Below, in pieces: positions 1-11,805 of a DNA stretch of 64,000 nucleotides. The notes under the pieces were generated by a model. The model had not been told where the DNA came from, made no database searches, and was given only the letters and a program-made list of their open reading frames with translations. Position 1 is the stretch's first letter; every line of letters starts with the position of its first letter. The DNA is from Strigamia acuminata (lineage: Eukaryota), in NCBI GenBank assembly GCA_949358305.1, contig OX442314.1, positions 21,390,001 to 21,454,000 on the forward strand, given 5' to 3'. A program made the translations under genes and the position numbers.

Positions 1-485
1 ATAATAAACACAATCTTTCACAGTTTCAACGCAGCTACAGCAGCATCAGCGACTGCAACTGTAACAGCAGCATAAACTGGCAAATTTCCATTTTTTAAGT
101 AAAATTAAATAAAAATCAAGTTAACAAGTACAGTCAATTTACAAAATCCTATGGGTGTCTGATTTGTTAAACATATGGGCATTTTGAGACAAAAAAACTA
201 ATACAGAGAGATGGATTCTTCTTCTGCCCATACCCCACATCTGGCAGCCATCCAACAAAATGAGTTTTCACTGTAAAATATAAATAAAATGTTAATAAAT
301 GTTATTTGTGTTAGCAAACCACGATTAGCCAATAAAAGCGTTTAAATTAATCATTTGACTGATGAAAAGTTCAAAATTAAAAAACGGGAAGAACATTTGG
401 TGACAAATGATCTCAGCATCCTGAATTCGTGACATCATTTCAGCACTAAAAATATCTATTTATATTCTGAGCTACTTTTTCTGCA

Positions 486-1064
486 ATGGCCAATCTGTAA
501 GTAACCGCTTCTACATCACCTCACATACTAGAGCACATAAAACACTTCAACTTTTGATATATTTTTTTAGAACTTACCAAATGGAATTATTAACCTTTTT
601 ATTTGCAACGTTATTCATTGCCGCTATTTTAATCTTTTACTGCGTCCGAAAATGCACAATTAAAGACAACCCTGGGCAAATTCTGCTAACCAGAGATGAG
701 TGGAATTCAATACCTGATCTACCACCAACCTACACTTCCAATTCTTCATATTTCACACCACCTTTGAACCCAAATCTAGACTTTCAGAATTTAAGTCCGC
801 CGCCACCATCGTACGAATCCGAGGGGGGCGACAATCAGAATCTGCTTGTCAGAGATTCGAATCTTTTTTGGGATTCGAAAGATTCGGATGGGATTCGGAA
901 AGATTCGGATGGGATTCGGAAAGATTCGGGCGGGATTCGGAAAGATTCGGGCGAGATTCGGAAGCCATTGTCAGAGATTCGGTCAAATGTCGCACCCCTC
1001 GTACGAATCACTGGTTTTGCAAAAAGAAATTGTTGAATCCGGAAACCGTACAGCCGAAAACTGA
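486..1064 (+). pseudogene. PY-motif single-TM microprotein, frameshifted by a MITE inserted in its PPSYESL motif
   Basis: Possible exon 486-496 splices (gtaagt..ttag) in frame to 571, with a second ATG at 581. Reads MELLTFLFATLFIAAILIFYCVRKC (TM) ... LPPTY ... PPPPSYES. Removing 820-1001 plus one TSD restores PPPPSYESLVLQKEIVESGNRTAEN*. Confidence 0.8.
820..1001. mobile_element. 182-bp hAT-like MITE
   Basis: 14-bp TIRs CGAGGGGGGCGACA / TGTCGCACCCCTCG (1 mismatch). 8-bp TSD TACGAATC at 812-819 and 1002-1009. Internal ~21-bp GGGATTCGGAAAGATTCGG repeats. Confidence 0.85.
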
Positions 1065-1568
1065 GTTATCGAAAAATATATAAACAGAAAAGAAAAAAAA
1101 AATTTAAAAATCGAATCAAATAACCTTCAAAACAAATTCAATTTCTAAAAAAAACTCTCCAGAGTTGGTCGGATGTGCGCATTTATCAAGGTTAAACTCT
1201 GCCTGCATTGCAAGTCAGCGGTCCCTCGCAATGTTTGTTGAGTCTACAGATTATGACTCACACCTTGTGGAGTGTTCCAGATCCAGTTCAGTTACGAACC
1301 ACTTTTTATAAATAAAAATATTTTGCAAAATTCCGAAAAAATTTCAATCATTTCCCATTTTAACCACGACAGAAAAAAAAACGAGAAAGAAAAAAAGCAC
1401 ATGACATCACCATTTCGTTGGCCTTTGCAACACAACGTCATAAAACGGTTGCGACTGCGCACTATCAAATTAACTCGCGGTCGGGCATCGAAACCGGAGA
1501 AAGGTGAGTGGGAGTTTTTCACAAATTAGCTCCTTCATCTCGTGTTTAATCTCAAACATTTTAGTGCA

Positions 1569-1922
1569 ATGGACAGCCCCTTGCTGACATTCTTAATCAT
1601 CGCCATTGTCATCTTCATTTCTTTTATATTATGCTGTCTACTACGAAGACGGATTAATTACAGTGGTCACATCGTGTCCCCTCCGCCACGACCGGTTCTA
1701 GTGCAACAAGTGCCGCAGAGAGATGTGATCACCCAAGTGCACATCGTAAATGTTTCCAACAACGCATCGGGACCAATGTCGCCTCAAATGATTCCGTCCC
1801 CGAGCGCTCCACCGCTCACCGTATACCACGATCAACCGCCACCGTTCATGAATCTGAATTTTAATGACCAAACTGCACCACCGCCATCTTACACGTCGTT
1901 ATACCCGCACAACAAGCAGTAA
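1569..1922 (+). CDS. Single-TM microprotein with PSAP and PPSY motifs
   Basis: MDSPLLTFLIIAIVIFISFILCCLLRRR ... PSAPP ... PPPSYTSLYP. Upstream intron gtgagt(1504)..ttag(1564); AATAAA just after the stop. Confidence 0.85.
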   Translation: MDSPLLTFLIIAIVIFISFILCCLLRRRINYSGHIVSPPPRPVLVQQVPQRDVITQVHIVNVSNNASGPMSPQMIPSPSAPPLTVYHDQPPPFMNLNFNDQTAPPPSYTSLYPHNKQ

Positions 1923-2656
1923 AGGAAATAAAAGCGGATGTGTTGAGATAAATATTGAGGTCAATTGGGGTGTGGTTTCACCATGTGTTTCATTTACCAG
2001 TACACTGGTGCCATCTGAGAAATATTAAGGGAAAATATCCAATGACTTTGAACTGTCATAAGTTTTGCAAGTTTATGAGAAAATGAATGGGCAGGAAGTG
2101 TTTTGACGGGTTCCTTTAATATTTTCTACACAAATAAAAGTGTTTTCCAATTTAATACTTATTTTTTTAATACATAAAGATACTGATGAAAAAGAAAATG
2201 CTCTCATGTTCACGCGCAATTTGAGTCTTCTCGTGTTACAATGTTATCGTTACGTTATTCTAGCATCGAATCGTTTTCTACTTTATTTTGTATAATATTT
2301 ATACGCGTTTAATACGAATGTGCTTTTATAATTTTTTATATTAGATTTAAAAAAAGATTGGATTTAGTTCAGAATTCCAAGTGTTTGTATTTCAAAGAGA
2401 TTTTCAAAACGAGGAAATAAAATATTGGAATAAATCCTCGGAAGAATAACAAATTGTGAATCATTCCATGAACAAACTCTCTCTTTGTTCACGTTTACGG
2501 AACCACCTGTTTCACGTGACCGAATGTGCCAGCCTCGGTTTGCACCATCACAACACAAATCCCGAGAGGCAACGGTTAAAAATAAACATAGTAGGTGTTT
2601 AATTTTTATTTTAATAATTTTTTTTTTAAATTAACCTTTTTATATTTCATAAGGCG

Positions 2657-2998
2657 ATGAATCCAGGTGAAATCGTGCTCGTCGTGTTTGCTATGGTTTT
2701 CCTGATCTGTGTGTTCGCTTGCGTTTCCACAATCCATTGTATGAAGGCATTACTTCGATTCAAACAACGTAGAAAAAATTTATCGTATCAGATGGTAAAT
2801 TTAGATGTTAATTCTCATCATTTAACATCACCATCAGCACCTCCAAACACAACACAGTTTGTAAACGACCGCACGAATTGCGTAAATCAACAAATGGAAC
2901 CGGAGCCGCCGCCGTCATATTTCGACTTATACCCCGACCAATCGAGACAGGAATGGCGCGACGGATACCACTCGAAAATGGAAACATGGCAGCCGTAA
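2657..2998 (+). CDS. Single-TM microprotein with PSAP and PPSY motifs
   Basis: N-terminal hydrophobic helix with Cys, basic stretch RFKQRRK, then PSAPP and PPPSYFDLYP. Confidence 0.85.
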   Translation: MNPGEIVLVVFAMVFLICVFACVSTIHCMKALLRFKQRRKNLSYQMVNLDVNSHHLTSPSAPPNTTQFVNDRTNCVNQQMEPEPPPSYFDLYPDQSRQEWRDGYHSKMETWQP

Positions 2999-3239
2999 TA
3001 ACCCATCACGTAATGCTTTCTTATTTATTAAAAACACAGGTTTTGTACAAAGAATGTTGATTAAATATATTTTTCTGATAGTTGTGTTTTTTCTACCCTA
3101 TATTCCACATCCTGAACAAAATCTTAAGTGATTAGATATCTATGTATTATCTCATTTCTTGCACCGTGGGAGGTGGTGCAAATTGAATTTCTAAAGACAC
3201 AATTGGAAACTATCGTCTTGTCTTCGTGCTAATGAAAAA

Positions 3240-3721
3240 ATGCTTTCTCGTTGCAGTTGGGTTTTGATATTAAACGGCATTTTATTGCTGCCAATAATTG
3301 GTGAGTACAGCAACCATCAAATAAGCAAAATTTACCATTTGTTATTAACGTGAATTTTTGTGTTTTCACTTTTTCAGTTGCCGAAGACGTCGATCCGAGT
3401 GGTTTGCCAAAGCCCATCGCTATAACTATTTGTTTCGTCGTCGGATTGCTAATAATTCTGACCTTATGGCGGACGGTAGTGCAATGCACGGCTGAAATAA
3501 AAACGTTTCACCAACCAGTCGCTGAGCCCTCAGTTATAAATCAACATATGCTATCTGTAGAAAATTCAACACGAATTCGTCGTGCAAGTCACACCTGCAC
3601 CGCGACATCATCTCCAACAACTTTAAGCGTTAATTTACAGCCTCAACTAATACCAGTACCAAGCTCGTATTCTCAGTTGGTATTTCTCAGTCAACCATCA
3701 GCATTTAACAGCACAAACTAA
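3240..3721 (+). CDS. Type I TM microprotein (signal-peptide exon 3240-3300, exon 3378-3721) with degenerate PY tail
   Basis: MLSRCSWVLILNGILLLPII|VAEDVDPSGLPKPIAITICFVVGLLIILTLW, joined by a phase-1 GT-AG intron. Tail PVPSSYSQL. Confidence 0.75.
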
Positions 3722-4261
3722 ACTAAAACGCTACCAAAAGTAAATTCAGCCGTATTATAATGATGTAGAAACGTCTTAAGAAAGGAAGAATGCATCTTAG
3801 AATTTGTCTTGTTTGTTCAATTGGTAACAACTGATTTTATTAAATTCACAATTCTGGACTTAACAGAACTCGGTTTACAATAAAAAAAAAATAATTTTAG
3901 ACATTTGCTTACATACTGTGTTTTCTTAATTTGTACTTTTTTGTACTTATTTTAACTCACTGTGGTAAGTTTCCGCTTGCTTAGCGTACTGTTGTCAAAA
4001 AAATATTTTATTTTTGTAAATTCAAAGTATGGCAACCAAAAAATTAGAATTTTATAAAATTTTGATACAAAATATACAAAACGGTCAAACATACAAGTCA
4101 TTGCAATGTTAATTTTTCATTTTTAACTGGCAGTTTATTGCAACAGGTACCTAAAAAGCTACCAAGCAAAACATTTCTTCCAAAATTCAGTTGTTTAGGA
4201 AGACGAATGAAAGGGACTCGATGTACAAACGTATGATGCGATAAGTACAAATATCTTTAAC

Positions 4262-4502
4262 CAGAGCTTCTCAAAGTGGTGGTCTGAAGACTGGTGCCGA
4301 TCCCTGAGCAAGAGGCCTTACCGTTGAAACGCAAAGGATATGCTGTATAAGCTTTAGTAGAGTAATCTTAAAATTAGTTGGTACTTTGGGATCAGACCAC
4401 AAACTTGAATATCAAACAATCCGAACTGCATCAGAATATATGTGTACAAATACATATAAATATGATACCGGTCAGCAACCGTACATAGTTTGAGAAGCGC
4501 TC
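4262..4502. mobile_element. hAT/Charlie-like MITE (degenerate)
   Basis: Ends CAGAGCTTCTCAAAGT ... AGTTTGAGAAGCGCTC are imperfect inverted repeats; no clear TSD. Confidence 0.45.
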
Positions 4503-4708
4503 ATGTCTTGGCAACGGTCAAGAATTCCGGCATTATTATCTCGTGACGCATTTACAAATTTTAAAAAATAAACATAAGGTAACAATATCAATTCACTAAC
4601 AAATAATAATTTTTCTTTTATAATTGCTTTGATTGCACACATCAATTGTCAGAAATCACAACCAAAATATTTTTTCTCTCAATACTATTAACATTTGTTT
4701 CATTTTCC

Positions 4709-5071
4709 TCACTGCTTGTTTTGCTGATATAACGAAGAGTAAGATGGCGGCGATACGAGACGTTCGTCATAATTTCCACCAGTGGATGTGTCGGTTGGTC
4801 GTGATGGCGGTGGAGCACTCGGGTATGACGGCACTACCGTTACAGTTGGCATGCTCATCCCAGAAGTGGGCATCATATTTATCGGAATGCCTGTTGCGTA
4901 CGCGTAATGTAGTTGAGAAAGTTGAGGTCCTGGTTGAACCACGCCCGGACGTGGTGTAAGCGAAACAACTTGTCCTCGGTGATTACCCCGTCTTCGCAAG
5001 AAATACCAACATACCAAAGAAATGAAGACGGCAACACCAGCAATTATAAGAAAGAAAAAAATGACTTCCAT
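4709..5071 (-). CDS. Single-TM microprotein with PSAP and PPSY motifs; inverted paralog of the 1569 gene
   Basis: MEVIFFFLIIAGVAVFISLVCWYFLRRR ... YPSAPPP ... PPSYSSLYQQNKQ. Shares LRRR.N..G..VS and the terminal NKQ with the 1569 gene. Confidence 0.85.
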   Translation of the reverse strand: MEVIFFFLIIAGVAVFISLVCWYFLRRRGNHRGQVVSLTPRPGVVQPGPQLSQLHYAYATGIPINMMPTSGMSMPTVTVVPSYPSAPPPSRPTDTSTGGNYDERLVSPPSYSSLYQQNKQ

Positions 5072-6311
5072 AGGGAATTAAAGCACAAATCAGCACGGCA
5101 ACGAACAAACTAACTTCGTGATTCACACTCCAGTCTCAACTTACTGTCCTTGTGGCGGTTTAGCATTTCTGTCATAAGAGCGCGCTAACTGTCCATGAAC
5201 CAAACTCAAAAACAACAGCAACAGGAGCATGCATTCATAAAAAACCTACGTCCATTCCCAAGAATGATGTCCTTGTAGATACGATTGGAATTTCGAAATA
5301 CTGTTCATAAAGGTTCAAATCATCTGATCCCTGATCATGGTTCAATGTTTTTTTATTATTTATGTTCACTCTGATGGACTGCGCGATTAAAATAATTTAT
5401 ACAATCACCAAATGCGTAAATCCCGTCTTTTATCTTTTGGTTAATTCTTTGCTTTCAATTTTGCGAGGAAATCGTTAACGATTACGCAGATATGGCAGAC
5501 CTTCTAGAAGCCCGTCGGATGTCGTAACATTTTATTTTCCCAAGAATTGTTTCTTCAGCCTAGCTCCATTGGCAACAAAATCATTCTGTTCACAATCAGC
5601 AAAACTAGATATCCATTTCTGCCACGAATATTCAGAAATGACATCTTCACAGCATTTTGTAGAAAAAAAAATACATTTGCAGGCAGAAAAAAAGATTTTT
5701 GTGGGAAATAAATTCATTTTGAGCTAAGAAAAATTAATGCTATTTTTAAAGAGTATATTTAATAGTGTATCTTTTTTATTTGATTTAATGAAGATTGTAA
5801 TGACATATTTTGTCTTCTTTACAGCCCAAAACAGGCAGTAAAGTCGGCGGAGCGCGATCACACTCCACTGACAGAGAAAAAGGCATTTTGCAAGAAAGAT
5901 ATCCATTGCACCTAGTAATTCAAAGTTTTCTGCAAGAGCTGCCAAACAATTTTCCTCAACAGCAAATTTGAGAAAAATTACCCAAGAAAAAGAATAAATT
6001 CTAGTATGGCCCAACATCATAACGCCAAAGTGAAGTGAAAGGCGTCAAAAGAGAAAAATACAAACAAATTAGCACAAAAAGAAGTACTTCCTGTTTCTGC
6101 AATTGAGGATAATCGAAATAAAACCATTGGGATCTCCTCAAACAAGCAGCGTTGGCCCGTACCGAATACTAGCATCGACTATGCCGGTTAATAATATCAC
6201 TTTACCGTCTTTGCTAGTACCAATCCGGATGCAAAGTATTGACACACTGGTGGAGGTAAATACAGCTGCTGAGTTTGATGCAAAGAATAAAATCCAGAAT
6301 GTTGAAAAATT

Positions 6312-6485
6312 TGTAAAACACCGGAAAATACTATTAATGTGAATGTTAATACAACACCAATAAATGTACACCGGAGAATAAGTGATGTTCCACCTCCATC
6401 ATATCAAGATCTGTTTCCCCCTTTTCTAATTAATGAATCTAAATCATTTTGTAAACATTGGAGTATTTCTCTACTAAATAATTAA
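6312..6485 (+). pseudogene. PY-tail remnant (..RISDVPPPSYQDLFPP..) with no linked TM exon
   Basis: A family-type PPPSYxxLFP motif sits in a frame closed upstream by a stop; no TM segment found 5' of it. Confidence 0.4.
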
Positions 6486-7891
6486 CTTGCTCATACTATT
6501 GTATCACGATAACTCTCTTTATTACTAGGATTTCATATCAATCTCATTTACCACACCTTCAAACAGTCCAATATTATCTCAAGTGAATAAAAATCTAGAC
6601 ACAAAAATACACTTGAAATTATTTTTATTTAAATTTTTTTTCCAAAAAATTTAAAAATTAGAAATTTAAAAAATTATAGTTTAGAATTTTCGTGGAATTG
6701 TGGATATTTTTAGGCCCCCTGAACCCCTAACGACCGCATTGTGCATGGCTGAACATTTATTCAAGAACTGATTAGACAAAGTGACATTTCATAACAATTT
6801 TCGTAAAATCCAATCAGATATTAACTCACATTCCTTGGAGTATTCCAAACACTCCTAGTACTACGCTTAGACGAAACATAACACCTCTTAATCAAGTAAC
6901 CTTGCACTCTTTGTGCTATTGCCACAAGATTCTAAACTAGTATATTATGCGAAATACTGAGACATCTTGACCCTCAAACTTGAAAACGGATGGAAACGGA
7001 TGGCGCAATCAATCTTCCGCAGAGTGCAACATGACCATCTGGCGACAAAATACCTGGAGAATGAAGATTTTCCCCGAGACTTTCGCATAGAAAAACAGGA
7101 ATCAAAATGACGTCATATTCTCGTTAGGTAATTATCCTGAAAAACGACACAATCGAGGATAAAAATCCCCTTTCTGTACTTGAATTATTACTCTCGTTTC
7201 AACGAGAAAAAAGTCTTAACAACCTGTAATTAAATGTCAAAAGACGGTGGATTTTCAATTTTCCTGAGCATACTGTTGCTGCCAATAACAGATAGGGTTT
7301 ATCAATTAATAAATTAAATACTAAATAATCCTCACAATCCCTTTTTCTTTCTGTTTTAGTTGTCGATTGTTCTGGTAATTCTGAAGGAGTAATCAATATT
7401 GAAATTATAATATTTTCTGTATTTATCTTGTTGAAATTCTTTGGTTGGTCTGTTTAAATCTATGCGATTATTGTAAAAAAATAAATTTCTCACACTTTTC
7501 GATCGCGAACACAACAGCAGCATATGATATGAACTAAACAGAAAAATAATCGTTTGATATCTAATCACATGATAAATCAATAAATCTAAAACTTCCTATC
7601 ACCATTTTAATTCATTACTCCGTATTATTTTATATAACAATAATACGACATTATCAAATGCAGAGAGTCCACTCCTCTCCCATCTAGCGGCAAATAACAA
7701 AATCACCACAACAACTTGGCAATAGCAAGGTCAACAACTTTTTTTCCTATTGCGTCAAGAAAAAAAATTAAAATTTTCCCCGTTTTTTTTGTCTTCTCAG
7801 TACGCAGAATACGTCATATCCGTTTGTGTAAACAAGAAGAGCAGGACAGTATTTTTACCTGTAGTTCCAGCTTCAATGTTCAACTCGTATT

Positions 7892-8716
7892 ATGTTTGAT
7901 CGTGTATTATCCACAAAATGTTACTCCATCGCTGGAGTATGGATTGTTTATGCCAGTCTTTCGCTGCCAACAGTTGGTGAGTTGTTAAAAAAAAATACTT
8001 AAACAACTTTATAGGCGTGGCCTCATAAATATACATCCCGTGTTGATGTGCATCGCACTTAAAATATGAGAAAACAAACCAAACTGTCAGCTTATCAAGT
8101 TAAAATTCATTTTAAATTAAATTTTATCATGAAAACTTGGCAATTTACTAATTCCTAAAAAGAGCACTGACCAAACTTATTTCCGCACTGATGAGATGAC
8201 CTTCAAAAAACCCAGAATGCAATTCTAAGTCAAGCTGAACATTTATTTTTCTCTCATTTAGCTGCTGACAGAGTCTTACCAAGACCCATAATCGGAATAA
8301 TCTGCGTGTTCGTCGCAGCAGTTTTATTATTTGTGTGTTGTTATCCGTTATGCCGCCATCGTCGCCGACTATTATACGAGCAACAGCAACAACAGCTCGC
8401 GTATCAGTATCAGCCGTCAGGAGTCCAAGTGATTAATCAAACTGGGTTGCCAGCACAACCGACTGCACCGATCCATTATCCAACTCAAAGTTACGCGACA
8501 TCTTATCCAGTCGTTCAACAAACGCCGGCTTATCCACCGTATCCGACGAGTCCTCCGTATCCACCGACGAGTCCTCCGTATCCACCTGTAGGAGCTCAAC
8601 CGTACCAACAAACTCAACCACCATATCCCACAGAGACATCTCAGATTTCTTCAAATGTACAACCGCCACCGTACGCGGCATTGTTTCCTGATAAGACAAC
8701 GAACACTAAATACTGA
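7892..8716 (+). CDS. Type I TM protein (exons 7892-7976, 8262-8716) with Q/P/Y-rich tail, PTAP and PPPY; WBP1/VOPP1/Shisa-like architecture
   Basis: Hydrophobic leader MFDRVLSTKCYSIAGVWIVYASLSLPTV, phase-1 intron in frame to AADRVLPRPIIGIICVFVAAVLLFVCCYPLCRHRRR. Tail has PTAP, repeated SPPYP and PPPYAALFP. Confidence 0.85.
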
Positions 8717-9241
8717 GTTTATACAATTGCTGAATATAGCAAACTATTTATGAGTTATTTCACGGTTTTACACAAGTGATTTGAAACCTAAATTATTATT
8801 ATTATTGTTAAAGATGTAAGTGAATTGAAATCTGAGTTGATTAATATCATTGTTGTTATGTACAGGTATTTTTTTTAATTACTAAAAATACCTTCCTGAT
8901 TGTTTGTATTTGATAATTTTTTATACCGTACTTTATTTTTGTTTTGTGTTCATCAACGATAATGTTTATTATGTTAAACAGTTTATTTACTTTGATTAAG
9001 ACATCAAAATGGTATTTGCTTTATTTTGTTATTAAATAAAACTAAACTGATCTTTACTTCCTCAAATTATTTATTTATTTTCCGTTGGTAAACCTGCAAA
9101 TAATATGTTTGGTTCCATTTTATTTTTAATATTTAAATACCACTTCATGTATTGAACCTAAAGTGCGTGCGGCGGTATTAATCAATATATTACATGTTGC
9201 TTCGCAATAAACCTGTTGCTTAGTTATTCCTAAAACAAAAT

Positions 9242-9779
9242 ATGTCTGCTCCAATTTGGCCGTGGATCTTGTTGCTGGTGCTGCTTGTTGGTGGTAAGTT
9301 GTTTAGAATATAAATCACACTACGACAACATTTAAATATTATCAAATTATTTAGTACCAGTAGCTGCCAAATATAAGCCACCTAAACAGACCACGAATAA
9401 AGATGATGATGGTGTTCGGAGACGTAATGCCGGTCGTATTGGCGGCGCCAACGGTGGCCAAAGTGGAGGAAGCGGAGGCGAAACTTCAACAACCGGTATA
9501 ATAGTAGCCGTGGTTTCCCTACTCGTGATGATAGTGCTCGTGGGGTGTTATTGTCGGTATAAAAAATCTAATAATTCAGTTGAAGAGTCTGGTGATGCAG
9601 GCAACAATAAACAGTCACAATATGTCACCAATAGACATCCAAAAAACCAGAACAACCGAAGTCTTTCAGCTTCTGGAGATTCGACAGCTCTCTTTTTCAC
9701 ACCAGCAAGACGATTTTCAACTCGGAGTACCGTTATTGTACCTAAACATACATACAACCGAACCACACCAGTGGGATAG
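9242..9779 (+). CDS. Type I TM microprotein with Gly-rich short ectodomain (exons 9242-9293, 9355-9779); no PPxY
   Basis: Signal peptide MSAPIWPWILLLVLLVG|VPVAA across an in-frame phase-1 intron. Ectodomain GGANGGQSGGSGG, TM GIIVAVVSLLVMIVLVG, then CYCRYKK. Confidence 0.8.
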
Positions 9780-10578
9780 CAATTCATTCAACAATTTCCT
9801 CAATTATATATATATACATCTCCTCAAATTGTTTCATATTTTTATCAAGAAATGTTAATTTAAAAAATATACATTTTTATTCAACCACATTTAGTAGCAT
9901 GCAACCGATGCAACTGTTTCTATATTTGCTAATCCAGCACTTGAACTAACAGCAGAAACAAATAAACAGTGACAGAATACTACTAAATGATATTCTTTTC
10001 AGTTTACTCGACTCAACATGAGCCACCATTTCACTTCAACATGTTCCAAGGGATCATCTTTTAGCCTAATAATTCTAATTATCGTATTTGTTACATCGTT
10101 AATAATTGTTATAGCAATATTGGGAATTACCGAAGCAACTATTATATTCACAGTGATTGGTGTGATAGTGATATTGATAATTGTTATCATCTGTTGCTGC
10201 CAGCGAACTTCGGTAAAGGATCGGGCAGGGTAGAATATTTTCGACTCGGATTCCTTTCGACCGCGTTTTTTTTCGACCGGATTTTTTGCGACCGGATTTT
10301 TCTCGACCGGATTGTTTGCGACCAGGATTGTTTCCGATCAGGATTGTTTGCGACCAGGATTCTTTTCGACCGGTTGGATTGCGACCTGGAATTTTATCGA
10401 CTAGGATTCTTTGCGACCAGGATTTATCTCGACCGGGATTCACTTCGACCAGGATTCCTTTCGACTTGGTCGAAATTTAGGTAGTTTACTTTTATAAATG
10501 GACTTGTAACGTGTCAAATTTATTCATTTTTATATTTTCTTTCATCGGTACATATTTGAACCAAAATTTTGTTTTTAG

Positions 10579-11609
10579 TTTATGGCGAACGAATCTAAGG
10601 TTTGTGGAGAAGGGCTATTTCGGTAATGGCTCGTGATGTATAGCAGCACATAACTGCTCCATTTGGGTAATTTTATCCTTACTTGTTAAATTATTATTGA
10701 AATTTATGTTTACATTTTTTCTTTGTAGCAAGTGTCCGTTAATGATTGGCTAAATTGTACGGCTACTTGCGATTCGAATGGTGAAGTAGTGGGCACAGTT
10801 TTGACCCAACTTCTGCACGGCGTTGGTAATTAGAAAAGGATATCGAGAAAACGATTCGTAAGGAATATATTTCTAGTTAATATTGATTGAAATTAAAATG
10901 TATATTTTTTTTAATTGCAGCCAATTTATAGAACAAATGTTTGCAATCTAAAGACGCTAGAGTCCGATCTGGGTGACAAAATAGAGACAAATTCGTCGAA
11001 AAATTCAGCAGATAATTCAGCTCAAGATGTTCGAAGTGATCAATCGACGGCCGATTCTTGCGATCCAGCCAAACGAACGCCAGAGAAGACATCTGAGTCT
11101 TATAAAGAGACGCGGTCACGGATTACGGAATAGTTTTTATGGATAACGTACCGGTAAAAATCTAGAGACTCGTTTTATTGAATTGGTGGAAGTAAATGAA
11201 TATTTTATGGTACTTTAGTTTATTTACTTCTGTTACCTCTCGAGTATTCTATTACTCCTTAGCGATTTCATGCATTTTAATTGTATTTTTTATTAGATAT
11301 CAAATAATTTAATACCCCAGGACGAAATTACGCGATTAACTCACGCAAATACAATGACCTCATCTGATCTTCGTTCGTTTGAAATTGCATCCATTAATAA
11401 AGTGAGTGGAGATTAAAAATTAATATTATTTTAATCTAATTTTAATCTAATTTTAATCCTAATTTCAGGTGGCTTGGAGTCCAAACTTCGGATCGCATTT
11501 ATTAGTGGCTTCGGGTGAAAATTCAGGATTAATTAGGATCCATCGAATTCATTGATTGCAGCAGACAAAAGTAGAAAAACTACGGGTTAAATTGCAGACG
11601 ATGTTGTAA
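10579..11609 (+). pseudogene. GTF3C2: 3' exons of TFIIIC subunit 2 (WD40), decayed
   Basis: Spliced fragments ..GYFG..SIW|QVSVNDWLNCTATCDSNGEVV..RKRF|PIY..ASINK|VAWSPNFGSHLLVASG..SGLIRIH match my recollection of the GTF3C2 C-terminus (RRFPIY, HKVRFSPN, SGLVRIH). In-frame stops at 10634 and 10831, frameshift near 11518, 5' exons absent. Confidence 0.75.
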
Positions 11610-11805
11610 ATAAAGTGAAATAATTAAAGAAAATGTCTAATTAGCATGATTTTTAATGAAATTTCTTTGAAGGTTTAGAGTTTAACTTCGGATGTTGATA
11701 ATTTTGAAACTCGTCAATCGAATTGCAATGTCATCATTTTTATTAATAAATAAAAAATTCCAAAAAAAATTACTTTGACCAAATATTTTTATTTATTCAC
11801 ACGAA

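Noticed and set aside
1..275. Possible minus-strand exons (Cys/Ala-rich) at the window edge
   Set aside because: All frames contain stops and no family is recognisable.
846..1083. Repetitive ORFs (GFGKIRM / GWDSERF)
   Set aside because: Alternative frames of the MITE's internal tandem repeat.
10099..10484. Overlapping repeat ORFs and a CRISPR-like periodic pattern (also 16891-17315)
   Set aside because: Degenerate tandem ~20-mers without unique spacers, in a eukaryotic context; they are the transposon arms.
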